DNA of 64,000 bases from an uncultured Acidobacteriota bacterium (GCA_963804245.1 CAWDPQ010000009.1:657234-721233); one strand, 5' to 3'; shown: positions 28,612-41,746, numbered from the stretch's first letter. Notes: a model not told the origin generated them from the letters alone. Program-made: numbers and translations.

Positions 28612-30108
28612 GTAATACTTCTTCTTTTCCCCTCGCATGGGAATCTCACGCTCGGTCAGTGCGTCCGCCGCGGTGCTGCGAGGCCCGCGGCGTGCCGGTT
28701 CCGCGCCCTGATAATGGAACTCGTCCGACCGGCTGATTTTTTTCTGTGCGTAGAGCCCTTCGAGCACGAAATCGACCGCAGCCGCCAGCATCGGCGCGGC
28801 AGCGCGGTCTGCGAGTCCGGCCTGTGCGGCGAGCTCACGCAGGCCCTGCACGTCGCCGGTGCGCTTCAGCAGCTCCGCCGCGGGCAGCGTGTCGTCCACC
28901 TGCAGATTGCCGCCGAGATCGAACCACTCCGTGACCTGGCGAATGTCGGCGTTTGGAAAGTAGCCGGTGAAGACATTGGCGACCGCCGCGCGAATGACGT
29001 CGCGCGCGACGTTGTCGGCGCCGCGCAATTCGCCTTCGTACTCGAGCTCGAACTTTCCGGTGATGGCCGGGAGCGCAGCATAGATATCGGTGATGCGCGG
29101 CACGATGATCGATTCGCCGGCGAGGAGCGCCCGCCGTTCGGCGTTGGAGACGACGTTCTCCAAGAGTGAAATCGGCAGCCGCTGGCTCACGCCGGAGCGT
29201 TTGTCGATCTTCGATTCCTGGCGGGCCTGGAACGCCACCTCCTCGACCGCCTCGCGCACGAACGGCGGCACCTCCACGGTGCCGCGGTCGACCCAGGCTT
29301 CCTGCTCGGTGATCGCCATCGCGTCCTTCCGCGTGGCCGGGTAGTGGGTCCGGATCTCAGAACCGATTCGATCCTTGAGCGGCGTGATGATCTTGCCGCG
29401 AGCCGTGTAGTCCTCGGGGTTGGCGCTGAAGACCATCAGCAGGTCGAGCGGCAGGCGCACCGGGTAGCCCTTAATCTGAACATCCCCTTCCTGCAGGATG
29501 TTGAAGAGACCGACCTGAATCTTGCCGGCAAGGTCGGGCAGCTCGTTGATCGCGAAGATACCGCGATGCGCCCGCGGCAGCAGCCCGTAGTGCATCGTTG
29601 TTTCGTCGGACAGATCGAGCCCGGCCCTGGCTGCCTTGATGGGATCCAAATCGCCGATCATGTCGGCGATGGTCACATCCGGCGTCGCCAGCTTCTCTAC
29701 GTAGCGACCGTCGCGCGAAAGCCACGACACCGCCATCCGATCGCCTTCGGATCGCGCACGCGCGCGACAAACCGCACAGATCGGCGAGACCGGGTCGTCG
29801 TGAATCTCACAACCCGGGACAACGGGCAGCTGTTCGTCGAGCAGCCCGGTCAGCGCTCTGAGCAGCCGGCTTTTTGCCTGGCCGCGCAGGCCGAGCAGGA
29901 TGAAATTGTGACGGGACAGGATGGCGTTGACGACCTGAGGGACAACCGTTTCATCGTAACCGACGATGCCCGGGAAGAGTGGTGTCCCGGACTGCTGGTC
30001 GCGCATCCGCGCTACGAGGTTCTCGCGGATCTCATCTTTCACCGAACGCCGCTTGATCCGTCCCGCTGCGATGGCCTGACGGAGCTCGGCAACGGTGGTA
30101 GGAAGCAT
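28606..30108 (-). CDS. ChlI/BchI-like (Mg-chelatase-type) AAA+ ATPase
   Basis: [16 protein letters not shown], a P-loop variant GLRGQAKS, Walker B-like [10 protein letters not shown], and [33 protein letters not shown] (ChlI-like sensor region). 500 aa. Confidence 0.82.
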   Translation of the reverse strand: MLPTTVAELRQAIAAGRIKRRSVKDEIRENLVARMRDQQSGTPLFPGIVGYDETVVPQVVNAILSRHNFILLGLRGQAKSRLLRALTGLLDEQLPVVPGCEIHDDPVSPICAVCRARARSEGDRMAVSWLSRDGRYVEKLATPDVTIADMIGDLDPIKAARAGLDLSDETTMHYGLLPRAHRGIFAINELPDLAGKIQVGLFNILQEGDVQIKGYPVRLPLDLLMVFSANPEDYTARGKIITPLKDRIGSEIRTHYPATRKDAMAITEQEAWVDRGTVEVPPFVREAVEEVAFQARQESKIDKRSGVSQRLPISLLENVVSNAERRALLAGESIIVPRITDIYAALPAITGKFELEYEGELRGADNVARDVIRAAVANVFTGYFPNADIRQVTEWFDLGGNLQVDDTLPAAELLKRTGDVQGLRELAAQAGLADRAAAPMLAAAVDFVLEGLYAQKKISRSDEFHYQGAEPARRGPRSTAADALTEREIPMRGEKKKYYN

Positions 30109-30146
30109 CTCTGCATCTTACCAGCACAACGGCTAAGATACGCACC

Positions 30147-30938
30147 TTGCCGACTTTGCAGAGGCCTCTGGTTTACGCGCACCGCGGCGGGGCGGCGCTC
30201 CGTCCCGAGAACACGATTGCCGCCTTTGATCACGGCTTGTCCTTCGGCGCGGACGGTCTCGAGTTCGATGTGCACCTGTCGCGCGACGGCGCCGTCGTCG
30301 TGCATCACGACGATACGCTCGAACGTACGACCGGCGTATCCGGCCTGGTGGCGGATCATACGGCGGACGAACTGGCGCGGCTCGACGCCGGCTTCACATT
30401 CCAGTCCCGGGAGCCCGGTGGATCAAACGGCTTTCCGTATCGTGGCCTGGGCCTCGGCATCCCGCGCCTTCGCGACGTCCTCTCGCGGTATCCGTCGGCA
30501 CGCTGCATCATCGAGCTGAAGACGAGCGAGCCCGAGCTCGTCCGCCGGACAATCGACGACATTCGGGCCGCATCCGCCGTGGACCGCGTCGCCCTGGGCT
30601 CGTTCTACTGGCGAGCGCTGAACACGGCGAGAGCCTACGAGCCGCGCATTCCCACGGGTGCGTCCAAGGAAGAGACCCGCTGGGCGCTGTATCGATCCTG
30701 GGTGCGCCTGCCGCTGGGGCGGACTGGTTATCGTGAGTTCCAGGTTCCCGAGCACATGGGAGTGAACACGATCGTCACTCCCCGGTTCATCGCCCATGCC
30801 CACCGTTCCGGTCTGCCGGTGAAGATCTGGACGGTCAACGACGAGCGAGACATGCGACGGTTACTCGACTGGGGCGCTGACGCGCTGATCAGCGATCGAC
30901 CGGACCTGGCGGTTGAAGTCGAAGTCGCTAGTCGCTAG
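30147..30938 (+). CDS. glycerophosphodiester phosphodiesterase
   Basis: VYAHRGGAALRPENTIAAF and ..LEFDVHLSRDG.. are GDPD motifs. TTG start. The stop TAG lies inside a GTCGCTA array. Confidence 0.88.
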   Translation: MPTLQRPLVYAHRGGAALRPENTIAAFDHGLSFGADGLEFDVHLSRDGAVVVHHDDTLERTTGVSGLVADHTADELARLDAGFTFQSREPGGSNGFPYRGLGLGIPRLRDVLSRYPSARCIIELKTSEPELVRRTIDDIRAASAVDRVALGSFYWRALNTARAYEPRIPTGASKEETRWALYRSWVRLPLGRTGYREFQVPEHMGVNTIVTPRFIAHAHRSGLPVKIWTVNDERDMRRLLDWGADALISDRPDLAVEVEVASR

Positions 30939-30957
30939 TCGCTAGTCGCGAGTCTCG
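30915..30957. repeat. degenerate heptamer tandem array (GTCGCTA)
   Basis: GAAGTC GAAGTCGCTA GTCGCTA GTCGCTA GTCGCGA GTCTCG, overlapping the last codons and the stop of the GDPD gene. Confidence 0.85.
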
Positions 30958-30978
30958 TCCTCACACTAGAATGCGACG

Positions 30979-31336
30979 GTGTTCGGGTTCCTCGCGGTCC
31001 TGTTCTTTCTGTCGGGCGCCAGCGCGCTGGTCTACCAGCTGCTGTGGCTCAGTGCTCGGCCTCGTCTTTGGTGTAACGGTTCACGCTGCCAGCTGTGTCC
31101 CCGCGCGACGGCAGATGCTCGCCGAGCTGGGCGTCACGAATTTTGAAAAACTGCGCGCGCTTTATCGAGCGGGACCTGACGAATTGCGACGGTACGTCGG
31201 CACTGGCCCGGTCCTGACCGACGATCGCCCTCTCGTCGAATACTTCCTGTCGCTGCCGCGCGATCGACAGGTCGATCTCTCCAGTCTCACGGGGGACGTC
31301 GACCGCTACGTGGACGACGGTCCGTCGGCTCGCTAG
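30979..31336 (+). pseudogene. remnant of a spermidine-synthase-like paralogue (N-terminal ~40 codons fused to C-terminal ~75 codons, plus a frameshift)
   Basis: GTG 30979 gives VFGFLAVLFFLSGASALVYQLLWL (compare MLFILGVLFFFSGASALIYQVLWL of the next gene). After a frame change come VLGLVFGVTVHAAS, then ..YRAGPDELRRYVGTGPVLTDDRPLVEYFLSLPRDRQVDLS. That tail matches the last ~60 aa of 31340..33565. Confidence 0.7.
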
Positions 31337-31339
31337 GTC

Positions 31340-33565
31340 ATGCTGTTCATTCTTGGCGTGCTCTTTTTTTTCTCCGGCGCCAGTGCGCTGATTTACCAGG
31401 TTCTGTGGCTGCGGATGCTCGCGCTCGTCCTCGGAGTCACGGTCTACGCGGCGAGCACCGTGCTCGCCAGTTTCATGGCTGGCCTCGCGATCGGGAGCGC
31501 CGTGGCGGGCCGCATCGCCGACCGCGTGCGCCGTCCACTCGCCTGGTTTGGCGCGGCGGAGCTCCTGATTGCCGCGACCGCCGTGTCCTCACCCTTTGCA
31601 CTGGATCTGATCGGCTCGCTCTACGTCAGCCTGGCAGCCGGCCGGACGGCGCCCGCCCTCGCCGTGGCGCGAATCGTCTGCTCCGCGCTGGTGCTGCTGC
31701 CTCCCACGATACTGATGGGTGCCACGCTGCCGCTCGTGCTCCGATCGTCACTGGTTCGGACGCCGGCCATAGGTGAACGCATCAGCCTGCTGTACGGCAT
31801 CAACACCTGCGGCGCGATCGCCGGCGCCCTCCTCGCTGGTTTCGTGCTGATTGGCCACGTCGGGATGGCGCGGACGCTGCAGATCGCAGCAGCCGTCAGC
31901 GCGAGCGTGGGAGTTGCTGCGATCCTGCTCGCGCGTCGCCCGGCCACGGCTCCTCTGCCAGCGCCGTCGGTGGAGCCGCGGCCGGAAGCGCCGCGAAGTC
32001 GAAGCGCGCCGATCGTTCCGATCGCCTTCTTCTTCTCCGGCTTCACGTCGCTCGCTCTCGAGGTGGTCTGGTTCAGAGCGCTGGTCCTGTACTTCCCCGC
32101 GACGACGTATGCCTTTACCGCCATGCTGGGCACCGTGCTGGCCGGCATTGCCGGCGGCAGCCTGATGGCCGCACCCTGGCTTCGCCGGAAGGAACCGACA
32201 CTGGTACTGTTCGGCGCCCTGCATGTTGCCATCGCGGTTGCGACCGCCCTGGGATTCAGGGCGCTCGCATACTCGTACGGCGGCGCGGAGCGTTTTCGAG
32301 ATCTCATCGCCGGCGCCGCCCTGACGATACTTCCTGCATCAATCCTCATGGGGGCAGCGTTCCCCATAGGTTGCCGGTTGTGGCTTCAGACGACCGGCGA
32401 CTCAGGTCGTCGCGTCGGTGTTCTCTATTCGACGAATCTCGCGGGAGCCATACTCGGGTCTCTCGCAGCAGGGTTCGTCCTGCTTCCCGCGATCGGCAGT
32501 GCCCGAAGCATCGCCTGCCTCGGCGCCGTCAGCGCTGCGACCGGACTTGCCGTGTTGCTGACGTCCGCCCGGCGCGCCCGCTCGGCGGTCGTGCCGGCCG
32601 CCATCGTGCTCGCCCTGATCGCCGGCGTGGCGATCAGAAAACTGCCGGATCCGTTCACCACGGGTCTGATGAAAAGGTATCGGGAGGCGGGACGCATTTT
32701 CATGCGCGACGAGGGTGTCCAGACAACGGTCAGCGTTCACGTCCGCGAGCTGGGGAGCCGTCAGCTGTATCTCGATGGCCTTCATCAGGCCAGCGACGGA
32801 CGGGATGTCGTGCGCTTGCACCGTCAAATCGGCCACCTGCCGATGCTTTTACATCCGGATCCCAAGCGCGCCTTGGTGATCGGTCTCGGCGGAGGAGCGA
32901 CAGCGGGAGCCGTCAGCCTCCATCACACCGTTGATGTTGACGTCGTCGAGCTCGCACCGGGTGTCATTCGCGCCGCCAGTTGGTTCTCGCACATCAACGA
33001 TGACGTCCTGACTCGACCAAATGTCAGGATCACGATCGACGATGCGCGCAACTACCTGATGCTCGTGCGAGGCCGCTATGACGTGATCACCGCCGACATC
33101 ATTCAGCCGACCCACGCTGGCGCCGGCCTCCTCTACTCGCGCGAATATTTCATGCTCGCGCGACGAGCGCTGGCCGACGGCGGCTTGATGGTGCAGTGGG
33201 TGGGTCCGCGCTCGGACATGCACTATCGACTGATCGCGCGGACGTTTCAGGACGTGTTTCCTGAGACGACCGTCTGGGGCGGCGGCACTCTTCTCATTGG
33301 CGCGCTGCGGCCGCTGACGATCGATCGCGGGTCGTTGGCTGGAAGAATCGCGCGCTCGGGCTTCGTGGATACCCTCTCGTCGATTGGCTTCGGAGGATCG
33401 GATCAGATGGTCGCGCACTACGCGGCAGGTCCCAGCGAGCTTCGCCGGTTTCTCGGTCCAGGTCCGACCCTCACCGACGATCGACCGCTCCTCGAATACT
33501 ACCTGTCTCTGCCAGGCGGCGATCGCCCTGTCGACTTGAGCCGGCTACGCGAGCCGCCGGACTAG
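31340..33565 (+). CDS. membrane-fused spermidine synthase-like (polyamine aminopropyltransferase family) protein
   Basis: ~420 aa of TM helices, then a class-I methyltransferase/spermidine-synthase-like core (ALVIGLGGGATAG.., DVITADIIQP). 741 aa. Confidence 0.8.
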   Translation: MLFILGVLFFFSGASALIYQVLWLRMLALVLGVTVYAASTVLASFMAGLAIGSAVAGRIADRVRRPLAWFGAAELLIAATAVSSPFALDLIGSLYVSLAAGRTAPALAVARIVCSALVLLPPTILMGATLPLVLRSSLVRTPAIGERISLLYGINTCGAIAGALLAGFVLIGHVGMARTLQIAAAVSASVGVAAILLARRPATAPLPAPSVEPRPEAPRSRSAPIVPIAFFFSGFTSLALEVVWFRALVLYFPATTYAFTAMLGTVLAGIAGGSLMAAPWLRRKEPTLVLFGALHVAIAVATALGFRALAYSYGGAERFRDLIAGAALTILPASILMGAAFPIGCRLWLQTTGDSGRRVGVLYSTNLAGAILGSLAAGFVLLPAIGSARSIACLGAVSAATGLAVLLTSARRARSAVVPAAIVLALIAGVAIRKLPDPFTTGLMKRYREAGRIFMRDEGVQTTVSVHVRELGSRQLYLDGLHQASDGRDVVRLHRQIGHLPMLLHPDPKRALVIGLGGGATAGAVSLHHTVDVDVVELAPGVIRAASWFSHINDDVLTRPNVRITIDDARNYLMLVRGRYDVITADIIQPTHAGAGLLYSREYFMLARRALADGGLMVQWVGPRSDMHYRLIARTFQDVFPETTVWGGGTLLIGALRPLTIDRGSLAGRIARSGFVDTLSSIGFGGSDQMVAHYAAGPSELRRFLGPGPTLTDDRPLLEYYLSLPGGDRPVDLSRLREPPD

Positions 33566-35313
33566 CGTGCGCTTTCCAGACGCGTGACGAACTGCGGCTC
33601 GATGTCCACCGGCACCATGGTCAGCCGGTCGAGAAGCTTCTGGACCGGCGGACGCACGACGCCGAGCCGGTCGATCAAACCTTTCGCCTTCGCGTAATCG
33701 CCTGCTGCCTGGAGGGTCAGGATTTCCCGCGTCAGCGCCGTGACGGCCTCCGGCGTCTTGGCCGCATCTACCTGAAATGTGCCGTCGGGAAGAATCTTGA
33801 ACGCGCCGGCGTCCAGCAGGTAATTGAGCTGAATGGCAATGCCTCTGCCGTGCGCCTCGTTGACCCCGAAGCGGATCGAGCGGAATGCCGACGCCAGAAA
33901 CGTCGTGTACATCGTCCTGGCTATGGCGGGATCGATCTGCTTGGCATCGGCGAGCTGTTTCAGCGCCCACAGGCCCGAGATATCCGCCTTGGCTTCTTCG
34001 ATCGCGCTGTAGGTCTCCTTCAGCTCCTGGCGGACGGTGGTCGCACGTCCACCGACCGTGATGCTGTGCGGCCCAAGGCCGTGCATCAGCTCGTGCATCA
34101 GAATGTGCGTGAAGAAAGCGTTGAAGGAGACCAGCTCCCGATCGGCCGCCGGCAAGGCGACCGCCGAAATCGGGAGCAGCACCATCTTGAACTTTGCTTC
34201 CTGCACGTTCTTGAGCATCACGCGTTTGGTGCCCTTTTCCTTGACCACGCGTTCGTCGTTGGGCAGGTTGAAGGCGGCCGTTTGCACACCGCGATTGGCA
34301 TCCCCGGCGGTGAACACTACGTTGACGACGCGGATGGGCGCGAGGGCGCCAAGCTTCGGATTGCGGAGCTTGGGATCGATGGGCAGGGCGTTCTCGAGGT
34401 CCTGCAGATGCGAGGAGAACGACGCCAGTTTTTTCGTTTCCGCATCGTCGCGCAATGTGATGAACGCCTCGAATGCGGCTTTGAAGTTGAACCACTCGTC
34501 CTCGTACACCTCGTAGGGACCGATGGTCGGCTCGATCGAGGCGTCGAGCTCCATCCACGCCACGTCGCTCGCGTAGTAATCGTTCGAGAGGAACGCATCG
34601 GCGCGCGAGGTGAGATAGGCCTTCAACGTCGGTTGTGTCGTGAGCTGGGCGGCCTCGCGGAGCAGGGCCGCGGCCTGAGCGAGCTCACCCTGATACTCGA
34701 CCGAGTAGGGAACCGCAATGAATTCGCCAGCGCTGGCGGCACGGCGGATCGTGGTGAAGAACCCTGTCGCCTGTGCCTTCGCCTCGCCCTTCAGCGAATC
34801 GATCCACTTCTGCACTTCCTCCTTGGTTGCGCCCGCAGGATAGAAGTTGGCTGACGCCGGCTTCGCCGGCACGCCAGGAATAAACGGGCGGTCGTGATCC
34901 AGGCGCGACCACGGACCTTTGTTGATCAGGAAATAGTGCAGGCGCGCGACAGCATCCGGAGAATTGGTGAGCACAGCGCGTGCGAGCTCCTGGAGCAACG
35001 CGTCGTTGCCGGCCCAGGCCTGACGGAGGAACAGGGCGTCCATAAGTCGTGCCGCCTGCACCATTTTTTCCAGCGCGCTCCGCTCGGCCGCAGGGAGCGT
35101 CGACACGTCGGCCCCGATGTCCGCCGGTGCGAACCGTGCCGTCATCGTACGCAGTTCAGAGGTGGAAGGGGGGGGCGCTGCGCGATCCTGCACGGGTGTG
35201 TCTCCCTGAGTGCCTCCACCAGTGCCGCGGCTCGTCGCCGACGGCGACGGCGGACCGGCAAGAGAGGCGGCGGCGGTGACGAGAAAAACGACGGTGGCAA
35301 GCTTGTGTGACAT
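33562..35313 (-). CDS. secreted M49 (dipeptidyl-peptidase III)-like zinc metallopeptidase
   Basis: Signal peptide. Zinc motifs HELMHGLG and EEAKADISG are spaced like the two M49 motifs. 583 aa. Confidence 0.72.
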   Translation of the reverse strand: MSHKLATVVFLVTAAASLAGPPSPSATSRGTGGGTQGDTPVQDRAAPPPSTSELRTMTARFAPADIGADVSTLPAAERSALEKMVQAARLMDALFLRQAWAGNDALLQELARAVLTNSPDAVARLHYFLINKGPWSRLDHDRPFIPGVPAKPASANFYPAGATKEEVQKWIDSLKGEAKAQATGFFTTIRRAASAGEFIAVPYSVEYQGELAQAAALLREAAQLTTQPTLKAYLTSRADAFLSNDYYASDVAWMELDASIEPTIGPYEVYEDEWFNFKAAFEAFITLRDDAETKKLASFSSHLQDLENALPIDPKLRNPKLGALAPIRVVNVVFTAGDANRGVQTAAFNLPNDERVVKEKGTKRVMLKNVQEAKFKMVLLPISAVALPAADRELVSFNAFFTHILMHELMHGLGPHSITVGGRATTVRQELKETYSAIEEAKADISGLWALKQLADAKQIDPAIARTMYTTFLASAFRSIRFGVNEAHGRGIAIQLNYLLDAGAFKILPDGTFQVDAAKTPEAVTALTREILTLQAAGDYAKAKGLIDRLGVVRPPVQKLLDRLTMVPVDIEPQFVTRLESAR

Positions 35314-35422
35314 GGCATTGGCTCATCGTGCGGTCGGGTTCCAGCCGGACACCGCGTCGACGTTGTAAGATAGGAGATTGTAGCGCCACAGAACTGACGA
35401 TAAGGATACGAACGGATACGCT

Positions 35423-38099
<2,677 letters not shown>

Positions 38100-38103
38100 C
38101 GGC

Positions 38104-39525
38104 ATGTCGACAGAATTCAAGATTCCCGAGCTCGGCGAGAACATAACGTCCGGCGACGTGGTCCGGGTTCTGGTCAAGCCAGGGGACACCGTCGCCAAGG
38201 ATCAACCGATTCTCGAGCTCGAGACCGACAAGGCGACGATCGAAGTTCCCTCGACGGTCGCTGGCACGGTGAAAGAGGTCAAGGTCAAGGCGGGGCAAAA
38301 GGTCAACGTCGGGCAACTCGTGCTCACCGTCGATGGCGATGCCGCAGAACCCGTCAAGGGCGACGCGGAAAGACCGAAAGCGGCGCAGCCCGCAGAACCA
38401 CCGAAGGAAGCCGCAGCGCAGACGGACGACAAGCCCAAATCTCAACCCACCGGGGCTCCAGAAGACGGAGGCCTGAGCCAGAAGGTGGCTGCCCAGGAAA
38501 GCGGCGGCGACGAAGAAGAGGAGAGTCCGGCCAAACCGAAGCGAGGTGAGGTCGTCGATATCACGCGCGGCGCGCGCCAGCCTGCCGCCGTCGCCTCAGC
38601 GCCGGCGCCGCCGGCCGAGCCCGCTGAACCGCAAGGTCCGGCGGTGGCGGCCGCTCCTTCAATCCGTCGTCTCGCCCGCGAGCTCGGTGTGGACATCCGT
38701 CGAGTTCAAGGGACAGGCCCGTCCGGCCGTGTCAGCCCTGACGATGTGCAGGCATTCGTTCGTGGGGCGTTGTCTGCGCCGCAGGCCGGAGGTGCTCAAG
38801 GCGCCGCCCTTCCTGAGCTCTCGAAGTGGGGCGAGGTCGAGCGGAAGCCGATCAGCAACATCCGGCGCAAGACGGCCGAGCACCTGAGCCATGCCTGGAA
38901 CGTCATTCCGCACGTCACGCAGCACGATCGCGCGGACATCACGAACCTCGAAGCGCTCCGCAAACAATACGCGCCGCAGGCGGAAAAGGCTGGCGGCAAA
39001 CTGACGATGACGGCGATTGCGCTGAAGATCGTGGCGGTCGCCCTGCGGAAGTTCCCGGATTTCAATTCGTCGCTCGACCTGGCGCGTGGCGAGCTCGTCT
39101 ATCGCAAGTCGGTGCACGTAGGCGTCGCCGCCGACACGGAGCGCGGCCTGCTGGTTCCCGTAATTCGCGATGTGGACCGGAAGGGAATTTTCGAACTGTC
39201 GACCGAGCTGGCCAAGCTCTCGGAGAAGGCGCGCGCGGGCAAGCTGTCGTTGGACGAAATGCAGGGCGGCGGCTTCACGATCACGAATCTCGGGGGCATC
39301 GGTGGAGTGGCGTTCACGCCCATCGTCAACTGGCCGGAGGTTGCGATTCTCGGCATTTCGCGGGCCAGTCATGAGCCGGTCTACATCAATCAGCAGTTCG
39401 AGCCGCGACTGATGCTCCCGCTGTCGCTCTCCTATGACCACCGGGTCATCGACGGCGCCAATGCTGCCCGCTTCCTGCGCTGGGTCGCCGAGGCCTTCGA
39501 GCAGCCGTTGACGCTCGCGCTCTGA
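38104..39525 (+). CDS. aceF: dihydrolipoamide acetyltransferase (PDH E2)
   Basis: ATG 38104 ([12 protein letters not shown]). Lipoyl domain ..[14 protein letters not shown].., E3-binding [13 protein letters not shown], and catalytic DHRVIDGA. Confidence 0.92.
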   Translation: MSTEFKIPELGENITSGDVVRVLVKPGDTVAKDQPILELETDKATIEVPSTVAGTVKEVKVKAGQKVNVGQLVLTVDGDAAEPVKGDAERPKAAQPAEPPKEAAAQTDDKPKSQPTGAPEDGGLSQKVAAQESGGDEEEESPAKPKRGEVVDITRGARQPAAVASAPAPPAEPAEPQGPAVAAAPSIRRLARELGVDIRRVQGTGPSGRVSPDDVQAFVRGALSAPQAGGAQGAALPELSKWGEVERKPISNIRRKTAEHLSHAWNVIPHVTQHDRADITNLEALRKQYAPQAEKAGGKLTMTAIALKIVAVALRKFPDFNSSLDLARGELVYRKSVHVGVAADTERGLLVPVIRDVDRKGIFELSTELAKLSEKARAGKLSLDEMQGGGFTITNLGGIGGVAFTPIVNWPEVAILGISRASHEPVYINQQFEPRLMLPLSLSYDHRVIDGANAARFLRWVAEAFEQPLTLAL

Positions 39526-39528
39526 CAC

Positions 39529-40962
39529 ATGGCTGATTCCTCAACGCAGCTTGCGGTCGTTGGTGCGGGTCCGGGCGGTTATGCGGCCGCGTTCTACGCC
39601 GCCGATCGCGGCATGCAGGTCACCCTCATCGATCCGGGTCCGAATCCTGGAGGCGTGTGTCTCTATCGCGGCTGCATTCCGTCCAAGGCGCTGCTGCACG
39701 TCGCCGAGGTCGTGAACGAGGCGAAGCACGCCGAGGCGTGGGGGGTCACGTTCGGCCCGCCATCCGTTGACCTCGCGAAGTTGCGCGCCTTCAAGGAGAA
39801 GGTGGTCACGCAGCTCACGGGCGGGCTCGGCCAACTCTCGAAGCAGCGCAAGGTCAACTACGTGCGCGGTACGGCTGCCTTTCGCGATTCGCGCACGCTC
39901 GAGATTTCGGGCGAAGGCCCGGCATCGGCAGCGAGCGTGCTGCGGTGCGAACACACCATCGTCGCCACGGGATCGCGCCCGTCAGTCATTCCCGGATTGA
40001 CCATCAACAGCCCGAAAGTGATGGATTCCACCTCAGCTCTGGATCTTCCCGACGTTCCCGGCACGCTGCTGGTGGTGGGTGGCGGTTACATCGGACTCGA
40101 GCTCGGCAGCGTATATGCGGCGCTGGGTTCTCGCGTGACGGTGGTCGAGATGACAGCCGGTCTGTTGCCGGGTGCCGACAGGGATCTCGTGAACATCCTG
40201 GCGAAGCGGATCGAGAAGATCTGCGAAGCGGTGATGCTCAACACGCGAGTCGTCGGGATGAAAGAGACGAAGACCGGCGTCGCCGTCACGTTCGACGGCG
40301 AGGGACTGGGTGACGGGCCTCGCGAGCGGACGTTCGACCGTGTGCTCGTGTCGATCGGACGCCGGCCCAATTCGGCTATACCTGGCCTGGACCGGACGGC
40401 TGTGAAGGTGAACGCCCGCGGCTTCATCGAGGTCGACGAACGCCGACGGACCGCCGAACCCTCGATCTACGCGATCGGTGACGTCGTGGGGGAGCCGATG
40501 CTCGCGCACAAGGCCTCGCACGAGGCGCGCGTGGCCGTCGATGCCATCGCTGGCGAGCGGGTCGCATTCGAGCCGCAGGCGATTCCTGCCGTCGTCTTCA
40601 CCGATCCCGAGCTCGCCTGGTGCGGGCTGACGGAGACCGAGGCGAAGAATCAGAAGCTCGAAGTGGCCGTCGCCCGTTACCCATGGGCTGCGTCGGGGCG
40701 GGCGCTGACGCTCGATCGTTCTGACGGCGTAACCAAGCTGGTGCTGCACCCGCAGAGCGGCCGCGTGCTCGGCGTCGGCATCGTCGGGCCCGGCGCCGGC
40801 GAACTCATCTCCGAGGCTGTGCTGGCGATCGAGATGGGGGCCACCGCCGAGGATCTCAAACTCACGATTCACCCGCATCCCACCCTGTCCGAGACGCTCA
40901 TGGAAGCGGCCGAGGTGTTCTTCGGCCAATCCACACACGTCTATCGCCCGAAGCGCGCGTGA
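39529..40962 (+). CDS. lpd: dihydrolipoyl dehydrogenase (E3)
   Basis: FAD motif VVGAGPGGYAAA, redox disulfide GGVCLYRGCIPSK, NAD motif VVGGGYIGLELG and C-terminal HPHPTLSE. Confidence 0.95.
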   Translation: MADSSTQLAVVGAGPGGYAAAFYAADRGMQVTLIDPGPNPGGVCLYRGCIPSKALLHVAEVVNEAKHAEAWGVTFGPPSVDLAKLRAFKEKVVTQLTGGLGQLSKQRKVNYVRGTAAFRDSRTLEISGEGPASAASVLRCEHTIVATGSRPSVIPGLTINSPKVMDSTSALDLPDVPGTLLVVGGGYIGLELGSVYAALGSRVTVVEMTAGLLPGADRDLVNILAKRIEKICEAVMLNTRVVGMKETKTGVAVTFDGEGLGDGPRERTFDRVLVSIGRRPNSAIPGLDRTAVKVNARGFIEVDERRRTAEPSIYAIGDVVGEPMLAHKASHEARVAVDAIAGERVAFEPQAIPAVVFTDPELAWCGLTETEAKNQKLEVAVARYPWAASGRALTLDRSDGVTKLVLHPQSGRVLGVGIVGPGAGELISEAVLAIEMGATAEDLKLTIHPHPTLSETLMEAAEVFFGQSTHVYRPKRA

Positions 40963-40965
40963 ACG

Positions 40966-41042
40966 GGGGTCAGATCTTGTTTCTTGCGCGCGTGTCCTCT
41001 TTCTGCGACAGGACACGAGTGCAAGAAACAAGATCTGACCCC
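40966..41042. terminator. 77-nt nested hairpin between convergent lpd and UDG genes
   Basis: GGGGTCAGATCTTGTTTCTTGC pairs perfectly with GCAAGAAACAAGATCTGACCCC. The inner stem is GTGTCCT/AGGACAC. There is no U-tract. Confidence 0.7.
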
Positions 41043-41044
41043 GG

Positions 41045-41731
41045 CTACGTCTCCGCGAGCTTACGCGCGCGGATGAACACAAATTCGAGCATCGACGCCG
41101 TGAGCACACCCGTGTTGGTGTTCTGACGGCTGGGGTGATAAGAGCCCACCACCGCGGGCGCGCCGGGCGGACGGTGAATCAGCCCATGGCCGAATTGCGG
41201 CTTCGGCTTTACGACAACTCCTCGATCAGCGAGCAGCCGCCAGGCGGCGTCGAATGCAATCCGACCCAGAGCGACGATGACCTTCAGGTGTGGGAGGGCG
41301 TTGGTCTCTGCCTCGAGATGCGTGTGACAGGCGTGTATTTCGCCGCGAGTCGGCTTGTTGGCCGGCGGCGCGCAGCGCACGGCCGCCGCAATGTACGCGT
41401 CTCGCAGTTGCAGGCCGTCCGCCGGATGGCGAGAGGTTGGGATGTTGGCGAATCCGGCCTTGTGCATCGCGGCCATCAGAAAGTCACCGGAACCGCCGGC
41501 CACGTCACCGGTGAAGACGCGTCCTGTCCGATTCGCGCCGTGCGCGGCCGGCGCCAGCGCCAGCACGAGCACGCGGGCTGTGGGGTCGCCGAATCCCGGG
41601 ACGGGCCGGCCCCAATACGTCTCGTTCCGATGGGCCGCTTTCTTCTCGCGTGCAACGTACGCGCAGTAGTCTCTCAGGCGCGTGCAGCGCGTGCAGGTCA
41701 CGATCTCTTGATGGATGTCGAGGAGGTTCAT
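41045..41731 (-). CDS. uracil-DNA glycosylase superfamily protein (family 5/UdgB-like motif)
   Basis: Fe-S Cys pattern (TCTRCTRL..C), motif A variant VLALAPAAHGANRTG rather than the GEAPG of family 4, and C-terminal HPSRQN. 228 aa. Confidence 0.82.
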   Translation of the reverse strand: MNLLDIHQEIVTCTRCTRLRDYCAYVAREKKAAHRNETYWGRPVPGFGDPTARVLVLALAPAAHGANRTGRVFTGDVAGGSGDFLMAAMHKAGFANIPTSRHPADGLQLRDAYIAAAVRCAPPANKPTRGEIHACHTHLEAETNALPHLKVIVALGRIAFDAAWRLLADRGVVVKPKPQFGHGLIHRPPGAPAVVGSYHPSRQNTNTGVLTASMLEFVFIRARKLAET

Positions 41732-41746
41732 CGAAGTTTCCGAATA

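Noticed and set aside
28455-28736. ORF-track peptides encoded by repeat elements. Examples: 28455..28736, 18177..18440, 14840..15544 N-terminus, 63070..63390, 48877..49068.
   Set aside because: Their 'protein' sequence is just the translation of R1/R2 cores and 7-8 bp arrays ([20 protein letters not shown] and the like). The same DNA recurs at many intergenic sites in both orientations.
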